Assembly (NCBI GenBank): GCA_963819425.1 | Contig: CAWFWK010000024.1 | Coordinates: 38,875-102,874 of the forward strand | DNA: 64,000 bases | Origin: an uncultured Acidobacteriaceae bacterium | Lineage (GTDB): Bacteria > Acidobacteriota > Terriglobia > Terriglobales > Acidobacteriaceae | Direction of reading: 5' to 3' | Shown here: in pieces, positions 21,172 to 30,978 of the stretch | How the letters are laid out: the number at the start of each line of letters is the position of its first letter | How positions within the stretch are numbered: position 1 is the stretch's first letter | The notes under the pieces: model-generated | Told to the model about the DNA's origin: nothing | What the model saw: only the letters and a program-made list of their open reading frames with translations | The model's database searches: none | Position numbers and translations under genes: made by a program

Positions 21172-22536
21172 TTACCGCACTTCGACGGCGCGGGTCTCTT
21201 CGGAGGTGGCGGGCCCGGCGTTGATCTGGTCTTGCCAGCCTGGCAGAGTCTGATCGCCGGTGATGAGTCTTGCGCTCCGCGTAAATGTGAAGTAGTTCCA
21301 GACCCATTGTGAAAAGACGGCGAGACGGTTGCGAAAGCCAATGAGGTAAAAGATGTGGACCACCATCCAGGTTAGCCACGCCGGGAATCCGCTGAGGTGC
21401 GCCTTGAAAGGCCACTCCACTCGGGCCACAGCCGCCACGCGACCAATCGTGGCCAAGTCGCCCTTGTCGAAGTAGTGGAAAGCGGGACGGCGTTGATGGG
21501 CGAGGTCGGCTGCGATAGCTTTTCCGACGAAGTTGCCCATCTGCAAAGCGGGCTGGGCAACGCCCGGCACCTGTTTGCCGTCCTGCTCGAAGTGGGCGAG
21601 GTCGCCAAGCACGAAGACCTCCGGCAACCCCGGCGGATTGAGATTGCTGTCGACGATGACGCAGCCGCGCTTGTCAGTTGGCGCGCCGAGCAGCTTGCCG
21701 AGGGGGGATGCCTGGACACCGGCAGCCCACAGGATCACAGCTGCGTCGATCCGCTGATCGTTGACTTCGACCCAACCGGGACCGACGTTGGTGACGTGGC
21801 TTTTGGTGTGAACTTCAACGCCGAGGTGAAAAAGTTCGCGTTCCGCTTTGGCGGAGAGATCCTCAGGGTAGGCGGCCAGGACGCGTGGACCGCTATCGAA
21901 AAGCAGGACGCGCGCTTTCGAGGGATCGATGTGACGAAAATCGTGACGCATATAAAGCTTGGTGATGTCGCTGACGGCGCCGGCGAGTTCGACCCCGGTA
22001 GGCCCGCCGCCGATAACGATAAAGTTGAGCGGGGGATGCCAACCACGCTCCTGCATCTGGCGCTCGGCCAGTTCGAAGGCCAGCAGGACGCGGCGGCGGA
22101 TCTCGGTGGCGTCTTCGATGGTTTTCAGGCCGGGGGCATTTTTTGCCCATTCTTCCTTACCGAAGTAGGAGTGCGTGGCGCCGGTGGCGATGACGAGGTA
22201 ATCATAGGAGAGTTGCGCGCCGGAGGCGAGGCCCACGCGACGCGCCTGGACATCGATGGCATTTACCGTGTCCATGAGGACCTCAGTGTTCTGCTGGTGA
22301 CGCAGGATGGTGCGGATGGGTTGGGCGATGTCTGCCGGAGAAAGAACAGCAAGCGCCACCTGGTAGAGCAATGGCTGAAATGTATGGTGGTTACGGCGAT
22401 CGACCACAGTCACATCGACGGGCATGTGTCGCAGCGCCAGGGCCGCGTGGAGACCCGCAAAGCCTGCACCTACGATCACCACATGGGGACGCCCTCCGTG
22501 CTCACCGGTCTCAAGCGGTTTTGTCAGTTCGCTCAT
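21172..22536 (-). CDS. ndh: Type II NADH:quinone oxidoreductase (NDH-2 family)
   Basis: Two dinucleotide-binding motifs (VVIVGAGFAGL, FIVIGGGPTGVE) and the C-terminal amphipathic/membrane segment typical of NDH-2. Confidence 0.8.
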   Translation of the reverse strand: MSELTKPLETGEHGGRPHVVIVGAGFAGLHAALALRHMPVDVTVVDRRNHHTFQPLLYQVALAVLSPADIAQPIRTILRHQQNTEVLMDTVNAIDVQARRVGLASGAQLSYDYLVIATGATHSYFGKEEWAKNAPGLKTIEDATEIRRRVLLAFELAERQMQERGWHPPLNFIVIGGGPTGVELAGAVSDITKLYMRHDFRHIDPSKARVLLFDSGPRVLAAYPEDLSAKAERELFHLGVEVHTKSHVTNVGPGWVEVNDQRIDAAVILWAAGVQASPLGKLLGAPTDKRGCVIVDSNLNPPGLPEVFVLGDLAHFEQDGKQVPGVAQPALQMGNFVGKAIAADLAHQRRPAFHYFDKGDLATIGRVAAVARVEWPFKAHLSGFPAWLTWMVVHIFYLIGFRNRLAVFSQWVWNYFTFTRSARLITGDQTLPGWQDQINAGPATSEETRAVEVR

Positions 22537-22618
22537 TGAACCTCGCTCTCAGCCTATGTGATGCCCGAGAGGGTGTGGAGGACACAGATGTTACCCAAAT
22601 GGTTGAGTTGATTGTTGT

Positions 22619-25531
22619 TTATGGATGCTGTTCGACCTGAATGGTCAGGGTGCTCGAGTTTCCGGTGACGGCCAGTCCGACGAGGTTGGTGGCAACGCCG
22701 GGGATAGAAGCCGGAGAAAAGGTGACGGTGCCATCGAGGGCGGAGATGGCGGTCGCGGTTTGCGTGGCGAGTAGAGGAGCCTGCGCCGCAGCGGCCGTGG
22801 GGCGGGCAAGGAGGCGTCCACGCATAGAGAGACTGGTAAAGCGTGACGGCTCCGCCGGCCATGGGATTGCCGTTCATGTCGCGAACCCGCAACGTCACGA
22901 TGCCGGGAGTCCCCGAGGAGGGGAGGGTCTGGGCTGTTCCTGAGATGGATTCAAGCCATGCGTACTCTGGACGCGCGCCAAGGGCAACGAAGTTGACGCA
23001 CTGGCTGGTGCCGTTGAGGCAAGCAACCGAGGTGGTCTGCTGGCCCCCGGCAAGAGGCCCGACGGTGAGAGACTTGGTTGCAATTCCGCTGGAGTTGGTG
23101 GTGGCGGTTGGCGAGCCTGTCGGCTTGATGCTGCCGCCGGTTTGCCAGGCGACGGTTTGACCGGCAGCGGGCGCGGCGTTGATCAGAGCAAGGGCTTGCG
23201 TCGTCCAGTTAACGGTGGATCCGGCGGCGACGGAGAGCGTCGGAGTGATGGCCGCCAGGGAAGGTGGCGTTCCGCCAGTGAAATGCGCTTGCAGGGAAAC
23301 ACCATTCGTCAGCGAGGCAGTGACGACAGAGGCGCCGGCGGCGGGCGCCGTTACGTTGATGGTGGCCACGCCGTCGCCGGATGCGGTGGTGGAACAGGAT
23401 GCGGCGCCACAGGAGAGGGTCGCGTTGCCGCTCACGACGGAAAAGGTGACGGTGACATTGCCCGCCGGAGTGAGGCTGGGGCCGAGCGCGGTCACGGTGA
23501 AGGGAATCGGTACGCCGATCGGGACGGTGTTTGCGGGAGCGGTGTTCAATGTGAGCGAGTCGCCGGTGCCGGCGTCGTAGCTGATTCCGCCGGAGACAAT
23601 CGCCATCGCATAGAAGATGGGAAGGTCATCGACCTCGACGTCTACCGAACCGGTGATGCCCGGAGCGGCAGCGGGTGCGATGGCGGTGATTTCGTTGGGA
23701 GAGATGCTGGTGACCGATTGCCTTCTGGCCGCCGATGAGCACGGTGTCAGAAGGGCGAAAGCCCATGCCGCGAATCACGATGGGACCGCCGGAAGCGGGC
23801 AGGCGCGGAGGTTGTACGGTATCGGCATAGAGCACCCAGCCGTTGTATGCGTAGTCGGGGCGGCCGTCTCCGCGCATATCGGCGATGCCGAGGCGAACGA
23901 TGTCGTCGGCGGAAGCTGTGACCTGGAGCCAGGTTTCGCCGGTGGCGTAGCCGTTCAGGGCGGGAGCCCAGTTGAGGAAGTGGCAGAGGTACGGGTTTGA
24001 AGGCATCCCAGACGCCGATCGCGGGGAGGGCCTTGGTTTGGGTGGGAAGGCCGGTTTCGTTCAGCGCCTGGGTGACGACGGTGAAGGTGTGGCCGGCCCG
24101 CACCGGGAAGGCAAACCAGTCAGTTTGACCTACCTGGCTGAGGCGGCCGCACCACAAGCCCGCCCGGCGGGAGCATTCGGGGCAGGTCGGGCGAGGCGAT
24201 CGCGTTCACTGCGTTGCCTGACGGCGGAGTCGGCAATGGTCACGGTGAGGGTCTGGGCACTGCCGGCGGACATATTTGGGACGGAGAACACAGGCATGGT
24301 TCCGGAAGGAGTTGAGGAGCCGGCAACGTAAGGGCCGACGGACTCGGTGAGCATGTAGAGCGGATTGATGGGCTCAAAGGTGACTTGGTAGTCCGCTGTC
24401 GTCATTCCGGGAGGCAAAGGAATACCGCCGAGGTCGAAGAAGCCCTGAAGGGCTGGATCGTTTGAGCCCCATTGTGCGAGCGGGATTTCCGTCAGAGTCC
24501 GTCCAGCCGGTGATCGGGTTGCCGTGATTGCCGCTGAAATAGGCGCCGGAAACGAATGTCACGGTGTACTCGTACAGCGGGTTGCCATTGGCATCGAGAG
24601 GGCGCGCCACCACGTTTACGCCCTGCATGCCGGCGCCGGAGCGGAAGCTGAGGGTGCCCTTGATCGAAACGGTGTTTGCAGCGGTGATCTGCTTTCCGGG
24701 GAAGCCGGCGATATTTGCCGCAGTGATGGGATAGATGCGATTGAGGGCGGCGATATCGTCAAAGCGAAGCTCCGCGGGGTTGGGGAGGCAGTCGCCCCCT
24801 GCCGCTCCGCAGAATCCGCTCATGGGGTGCATGATGGGCCAGCCCCGCGTGCCGTTGGGCTCGCTGTCGCTGAGCGCCCGGGGATTGACCTGTGCGTAGT
24901 CGAGACCCAGAATGCGGCCGAACGCTCGCTCCAGTTCGTACTGCATCATCGCGACCAGATTGGAGTTGGTGGCGCAGAGACCGTTGAGCAGAAGGACGGC
25001 GTGAGCGATCGTGGCGTCGGGCTGGATGTTGTCGAGCCAGGTAAAGACGCCATTGTTCTGGCAACTGGTTGGGTCGCTGGTGCCGACACCGAAGAGGCTG
25101 TCGATGACGGAGCCGTCGGAGTCGAAGATGACAGCGAGAGGGTAGTTCGTCGCCGAGGGAGTAACGTCGGAAGGCGCTGCGAATACCTGATTGCCGGCGA
25201 TGACGCTCGCGCCGCTGACGTCTTCATTCAGGGAGCCGGACCGAGTGAGCAGGATGCCGGCAGTGGGTACGGAGTTCCATAACGCAGCGGCGGAGTCGAC
25301 CATGGCCGTGGCTTGCTGGTTGTTGATCTGGCTGTTGAGTGGGCCCTGATCGATGTAGTAATTGACGATACCGCCGGACCAGCGCACAGGCTCTCCAACC
25401 ACTGCTGGGTTGAAGTAGGCGGTGCCGGCTACGTATTTGGGCCCGCCCGCAAGGGCTGTCGCGGCGGCGCAAGCGGAGGCCAGGATAACAAGGGCGAATC
25501 GCAGCGCAGACACAGAAGCCTCCCATTGCAA
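22619..25531 (-). pseudogene. Large secreted IPT/TIG- and PPC-domain protein, frame broken at least 5 times in this sequence
   Basis: One continuous protein-like sequence is spread over track ORFs 24374..25531, 24130..24417, 23747..24157, 23626..24006, 22554..23606 and 22619..22825. The frame junctions lie near 24478, 24150-24230, ~24000, ~23715 and ~22830. There is an N-terminal signal peptide, an IPT/TIG-like segment (GGPIVIRGMGFRPSDTVLIGG) and a PPC-like segment (GRLSQVGQTDWFAFPV). Confidence 0.7.
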
Positions 25532-25679
25532 GCACTTGCTTGTGTGTGTCCACTACGGCGTGGGTTGAGTGAGTATTTTCTAATTATCCGGATTGCCGAA
25601 ACCTGCTCCAACTCTGACCTCCGGCAGATTAGGTCACGCACGTAACCATAAATACCGTGCTTAGAGTTACTTAAGTTCA

Positions 25680-27237
25680 TTGCAAAGTTACTTTCTTGAC
25701 TACAATGAGTTCTGCAACCCAGAGCAGGCATTCACGGCAGTTACAGGGGGCCATTATCAGCACACGCGCTTAAGATTGGGAGATTTGCTCGTCCGGGCCA
25801 AGCTCGTGACCGAGATGGACATTGCCAAGGCGCTGGAGCGTCTTTCGATGTGCGGCGGACGCCTCGGGGACAATCTGGTCGCGATTGGGGCGATTTCGAA
25901 GGAAACCCTGGAGAAGTTCGTCCACCGCACTCCGCGGGAGCCGGAGAATATTGCGGCCACGGGTCTGGATGAAAGCGATCTGCTGGGCCTGATGCTCAAG
26001 CTGATTTATGTGGGCCGCCTGCAGACGGTCCGGCAATTTGGCGACGCGATCAAGCTGCCCTACAACATCGTTCTCGAACTGGTCCGCATGGCTGTCGACA
26101 GGTCGTTACTGCAGAACCTGGGCGCTCGCAGCTCCGATAGCTTGATCGATCTCGCTTACACCTTTACGGAACAGGGCAAGCGGTACGTAATCGACGCCAT
26201 GACCCGTCAGCACTATACGGGACCTGCCCCGGTGACGCTCGACGATTTCACGGATCAGGTGAACCTGCAGAAGCTGACAAATGAACTGGTAACGCCGGAG
26301 AAGATCAAGGCAGCGACTACCGGACTGCAGTTTGACGATCGCATCATGGAGCAGGCCGGTCCGGCGTTGAATTCAGGCCGTGCCATGCTGCTTTACGGAC
26401 CGCCCGGAAACGGCAAGACAACCGTTGCGCAGCGCTTCGCTTCGGTCTTCTGCGATGTGATTTACGTTCCGTATGCCGTCGTGGTGGAAGGCCAGATCAT
26501 CCGGGTACACGATCCGAGTATCCATCTTCCGCTGGCGACGGCTGATATCGAGGACGAAGGATGCGTTTACCGTTGTCAGGGCGCAAAGCTACGATGCGCG
26601 CTGGGTTCCCTGCCAGCGGCCATTTGTCATTACGGGCGGCGAACTTACGCTGGAGATGCTGGACCTGCGCTATGACACAACGGGGCACTATTACGAGGCT
26701 CCCCTGCACGTGAAAGCGCTGGGCGGATGCTTTTTGATCGATGACTTTGGACGGCAGATTGTAAGCCCGACAAATCTTCTGAACCGTTGGATTGTGCCAC
26801 TGGAAAGCAAGGTGGACTATCTGAAGCTCCACACCGGCAAGACGTTCTCGATTCCCTTTGAAGAACTGGTGATCTTCTCGACGAACCTGGAGCCGGAAGA
26901 CCTGATGGATCCGGCGTTTTTGCGGCGCTTGCCTTACAAGATCGAGGTAGGTGCGCCTTCCATTGAGAATTACAAGAAGATCTTCGAATCGGAGTGCAAG
27001 AAGCAGGCGGTCGAGATGTCGGATGAGATCTTCGACAAAATTGTGCACACGGTGACGGTGGAAAAGGGACTGGAGCTTGCGGCATATCATCCGCGATTCA
27101 TCGTGGACCAGGTGATTGCAACATGCCGCTTCATGCGGGAAGCCCCGCACTTTGAACCGCGCTTTATCGATTACGCGATTGACAATCTGCGCGTTCGGCA
27201 GAGCACTTCAAAGAAGGTCACGCAGGCGCGGATCTGA
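25680..27237 (+). pseudogene. AAA+ ATPase with N-terminal MshEN/T2SSE_N-like tandem motif, one frameshift in this sequence
   Basis: Track ORFs 25680..26675 and 26473..27237 carry one protein. It has tandem RLGDLLV.../RLGDNLVAIGAI... motifs, Walker A GPPGNGKT (first frame), Walker B CFLIDDFGRQ and a sensor region (second frame). The junction is at ~26.54-26.60 kb. The TTG start at 25680 is uncertain. Confidence 0.7.
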
Positions 27238-27294
27238 TCGGTGCAGGTCTGCGCGCAAGGACCAGCCAGCCGGCAAGGAGCCGGCCTTGCCAGG

Positions 27295-27504
27295 TCAAAG
27301 TTCCGGATAGAAATCAAAGAAAGCGTCGAGGCTTTGCTTGAGTTGAGCCTCGATCTGTTCGCGCGAGCCTTCGAGCAGGTGCATGGTGACGTGCGCCTCA
27401 TGGCCGTTGACCAGCTTGAGCGTAGCGTCGTGAATCTCCTTCACTTCGCCCTCGGGCAACAGCCGCATTCCGTAGACAAGAGTCAGATTTGCCATGGGTA
27501 TCAT
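27295..27504 (-). CDS. Small hypothetical protein
   Basis: 69-aa ORF with non-repetitive, charged composition. It is convergent with the AAA+ gene. No recognisable family; weak call. Confidence 0.3.
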   Translation of the reverse strand: MIPMANLTLVYGMRLLPEGEVKEIHDATLKLVNGHEAHVTMHLLEGSREQIEAQLKQSLDAFFDFYPEL

Positions 27505-27638
27505 CTTATCTAGTGCGGCTGGATTTGGGTGGCAGCCGCCCGGCAGCCGGTTTGCGACGGAAAGACCGGCGAATTTGTACGCTGATTTCCGATAGGGAGA
27601 TTTTCGGGCGTGCCGTCTACAATTTACTGGGAAACCTG

Positions 27639-28586
27639 ATGACAGAGACTCGTGACACCGTAATTCTTGGTTCCGGCTGCGCCGGATTGACAGCGGCGAT
27701 TTACAGCGCGCGCGCGAATCTGAAACCGCTTGTGCTGGAAGGGCATGAGCCCGGCGGCCAGCTTTCCATTACTTCGCTGGTGGAGAATTTTCCGGGATGG
27801 CCTGAGGGAATTCAGGGGCCTGAGCTGATCGACAACATGAAGAAGCAGGCGGCGCGATTTGGGGCCGAGTTTCAGCTGGCGCACCTGAATCGTGTGGAAC
27901 TGGGCGCGCATCCGTTCCGGCTTCACACGTCTGCGGGCGAGATCATGACGCGAACGCTGATTATCGCGTCGGGTGCGAGCGCGCGTTGGCTCGGACTTCC
28001 GAGCGAGCAGGCGCTGATCGGGCATGGCGTTTCAAGCTGCGCGACTTGTGACGGGTTTTTCTTCCGCGATAGGCCGATTGCGGTGGTGGGCGGCGGCGAT
28101 TCGGCGATGGAAGAAGCACTCTTCCTGACGCGCTTCGCATCGAAGGTGACGCTGCTGCATCGGCGGCCTGCGTTCCGCGCGTCGAAGATCATGCTGGAGC
28201 GGGCGATGGCGCATCCCAACATCGAGTTCAGAACGAACACGGTGGTGGACGAAGTGCTGGGCGTGGAAGAGAAAGAATTGAAGGGGCTCAAATTGCGCGA
28301 CGTAGCTACCGGCGTATCGAGCACTCTGCATGTCGACGGGATGTTCCTCGGCATCGGGCATGAGCCGAACGCGAAGATGTTTGTGGGCCAGATCGATCTC
28401 GATGACGAGGGCTACGTGCTGACGCAGGGCAATGTGATCACGACGCGCAAAGGGATCCCGGTACCCGGCGTTTATGCATGCGGCGACGTGCAGGACCGGC
28501 GCTATCGGCAGGCGATCACGGCTGCGGGCACGGGTTGCATGGCGGCGCTTGAGGCAGAGAAGTATCTCGAAGAACACGGGCGTTGA
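27639..28586 (+). CDS. trxB: Thioredoxin-disulfide reductase
   Basis: Start moved to ATG 27639 (MTETRDTVILGSGCAGLTAAIY). The redox-active CATC motif is present (GVSSCATCDGFFF), as is the NADPH motif VVGGGDSAMEEA. About 315 aa. Confidence 0.9.
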   Translation: MTETRDTVILGSGCAGLTAAIYSARANLKPLVLEGHEPGGQLSITSLVENFPGWPEGIQGPELIDNMKKQAARFGAEFQLAHLNRVELGAHPFRLHTSAGEIMTRTLIIASGASARWLGLPSEQALIGHGVSSCATCDGFFFRDRPIAVVGGGDSAMEEALFLTRFASKVTLLHRRPAFRASKIMLERAMAHPNIEFRTNTVVDEVLGVEEKELKGLKLRDVATGVSSTLHVDGMFLGIGHEPNAKMFVGQIDLDDEGYVLTQGNVITTRKGIPVPGVYACGDVQDRRYRQAITAAGTGCMAALEAEKYLEEHGR

Positions 28587-28610
28587 GCTCATCGCGAAAA
28601 GGAACGAGGC

Positions 28611-29090
28611 ATGTCGAAGATCTTCCCCGGCCGGTTCACAGCGAAGTTTGACGAGTCATTTGTGGTGTTCATTATCGGGATGCGGATCAATCGGCTGCTC
28701 CAATTCAGCAAGTGGATTCCGGTGGCAAAGGCCATGGGCCCATGATTGCGGAGCTGAAGAAGCATCCCGAGATGGGCTTGCTGCACGTGGAAACAGATGC
28801 TCTACTGGCGCGGCGTCGCGACGGTGCAGTACTGGCGCAGTTTCGAGCATCTGCATGCATACGCGCACATGCGCGACAGCAACCACCTGCCGGCGTGGGC
28901 GGAGTTTAACCGGCGGGTTGGCGCCAACGGGTCGGTAGGCATCTGGCACGAGAGCTATCTTGTGGAGCGCGGAGGCTACGAGTGCATTTACGTCAACATG
29001 CCGCGCTTCGGCTTTGGAGCGGCGACCGATCTTGTGCCGGTTAGCGGCCGGCTCGAGAGTGCGCGCCAGCGCATCGGCAAGGCTCAATGA
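28611..29090 (+). pseudogene. DUF4188-type (monooxygenase-like) protein, two frameshifts in this sequence
   Basis: ATG 28611 (MSKIFPGRFTAKFDESFVVFIIGMRIN...) hits TGA at ~28741. The sequence continues in a second frame (MIAELKKHPEMGLLHVE). It then returns to the first frame (MLYWRGVATVQYWRSFEHLHAYAH...NRRVGANGSVGIWHESY). The junctions are at ~28740 (CCC run) and ~28795 (AAA run). Confidence 0.65.
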
Positions 29091-29823
29091 GTCCGCTTGC
29101 GGAAAACCTGGAAAAGCTTGAGGCAGCGATTGCGGATGCGTGCCGGCGAGCGGGTCGGCGTCGCGAAGACGTCGAGCTGATGGCGGTCTCGAAGACGCTA
29201 TCCGGCGGAGACGATCGCCGAGGCTGCGGCGCTGGGGTTGACGCTGTTTGGCGAAAATCGCGTGCAGGAGTTTGCGGGCAAGGCACTCGAGCTGCAGACG
29301 CTACGCTCGCGGGGCGAAAAGCCAATACGTCGTTCATCTCATCGGACATTTGCAGTCGAACAAGGCGGCGCGTGCAGCGGAGTTGTTTGACGCGGTGGAC
29401 GCTGTGGATTCACTGCGCGTGGCGCAGCGGCTGAATGATGCGGCGGGGAAGCTGGGCAAGCGGCTGCCAATATTGATCGAGGTCAAGCTCAGTCCTGAAG
29501 AGACAAAAGAAGGGCTGGAGCCGGAGTCAGCGGATGCTGCGCAGTTGCTGGAGGCGCTTCCGGATCTGCAGAGCCTTGAGACACGCGGGTTAATGACAAT
29601 TGCGCCGTGGGGCGCTCCTGAGGATGTTACGCGGGCTTGCTTTCGCAGCTTGCGCGAGTGGCGCGATCGATGGGCGGCAACGCATTCGAAATTGAATCTG
29701 GATGTGCTTTCGATGGGCATGAGCGGCGATTTCCCGCTGGCGATTGCCGAGGGCGCGACCCGGATTCGTGTTGGGACGGCGCTTTTTGGAAAACGCGCTC
29801 CCTATAAGGGACCGCCCGAATGA
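29087..29823 (+). pseudogene. yggS: YggS-family pyridoxal-phosphate homeostasis protein, two frameshifts in this sequence
   Basis: The N-terminus up to ELMAVSKT (PLP lysine context) is in one frame. YPAETIAEAAALGLTLFGENRVQEF is in a second frame, and HLIGHLQSNK...LSMGMSGDF...RIRVGTALFG is in a third. The junctions are at ~29198 and ~29310-29325. It has ATGA overlaps with both neighbours. Confidence 0.75.
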
Positions 29824-30131
29824 GTATGGCGATGCTGCGCGAATTTGCCGGCGGAGTGACGTTGGCGGTGCGGGCACAGCCGGGCGCGAAGAAGACGGCG
29901 CTTGTTGGCGTTTATGGCGAGGGCGACGCAGCGCAGTTGAAGATTGCGGTTCAGGCTCCGCCGGTGGAAGGCCGAGCGAACGAGGCGCTGATTGCATTTC
30001 TGGCCGAGACGTTCGGCATTCCAAAAAGATCGGTCGAAATCGTGAGCGGCGAGCGTTTGCGGAGCAAGGTGTTTCTGTTGCGCGGTGTCACGATTCAGCA
30101 AGCGCGATCCAAGCTCGCAAATCTGGAGTAA
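29820..30131 (+). CDS. DUF167 (YggU) family protein
   Basis: 103-aa ORF with the conserved APPVEGRANEALIAFLA motif. This is the classic yggS-yggU pairing, and its start overlaps the yggS stop (ATGA). Confidence 0.8.
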   Translation: MSMAMLREFAGGVTLAVRAQPGAKKTALVGVYGEGDAAQLKIAVQAPPVEGRANEALIAFLAETFGIPKRSVEIVSGERLRSKVFLLRGVTIQQARSKLANLE

Positions 30132-30145
30132 AACTAGCCGTGAAT

Positions 30146-30177
30146 CCCAGGTCTCAAAATCGAGACCTGGGGCACCC
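30146..30177. repeat. REP-like element, family 1
   Basis: Perfect 10-bp hairpin CCCAGGTCTC aaaatc GAGACCTGGG, followed by GGCACCC. Confidence 0.6.
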
Positions 30178-30226
30178 AGTTCTTCTGCAGTAACATCCCA
30201 AAATGCAATCGATTGGTCGTATGAGA

Positions 30227-30884
30227 TCAGCGATGGTGAATGTCGCAGGCGGCGGCGAGGGCTTCTTCAGGCTCGGGGCGGACGCGGAAGTCGGCGTGGG
30301 CTTCGGCATAGATGACCTTCCCATCTCGCGCGATGACGTAGGTTGCAGGCAGGGGCAGGCGCCAGCTTTTGTCGCCGTTGACGAAGGGGATGTTGACGAG
30401 GATGGAGAGGTAGTAGTCGCGGTGATACTCGGGGATGGTGTAAACGAGGCCGAATTTCTCTGCGACCGCGTTGCCGGGATCAGATGAGCACGGGGAAAGG
30501 CAGGCCGTGCTGGTTGGCCATGAAGTCGCTCTGGCGCTCGATCTGCGGGCCGATCGCAACCATCAGTCCGCCGCGTTCGCGCAGCTGGCCGTAGAGATCG
30601 CGCCAGGTTTCCAGTTCCGTCACACAATAGGGGCACCAGCGGCCGCGAAAGAACTTGATCACGAGTGGCCCAAGGTCGAGCAGGTCGCGGGAGCGGACGA
30701 GTTTGCCATTCGAGTCCTTCAGGGCGAACTCAGGCACCTGTGCGCCCGCGGGAAGAATGCGGTCTTCAACGCCGGTGGCGAAGAGTTCCTCAACTGCCTT
30801 CTCACTAATGGCGAGACGCTCGGGCTGCACGAGGTTGCGCGTGTTGGAGGTGATCTCGTCGAGTTGGTCCTGCAGGCTGGTCAT
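30227..30884 (-). pseudogene. Thioredoxin-fold redoxin (AhpC/TSA-like), one frameshift in this sequence
   Basis: ORF 30480..30884 carries the WCPYC active site and ends ...GLPFPVLI*. The protein continues as SDPGNAVAEKFGLVY... in ORF 30227..30559. Removing the A in CTCATCTGA at ~30487 restores VLSDPGN. Confidence 0.7.
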
Positions 30885-30978
30885 GGATTCTCGATACGCT
30901 TTGAGTTAAGAGCAAAAGCAGGTCCTTCGACTCGCAAGGCTCGCTCAGGATGACAAATCACTTTGGAGACGCGGAAGC

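Noticed and set aside
27272-27291. The hairpin GGCAAGG agccgg CCTTGCC after the AAA+ gene as a terminator.
   Set aside because: The stem is only 7 bp and there is no T-tract on either strand. The evidence is too weak to call.
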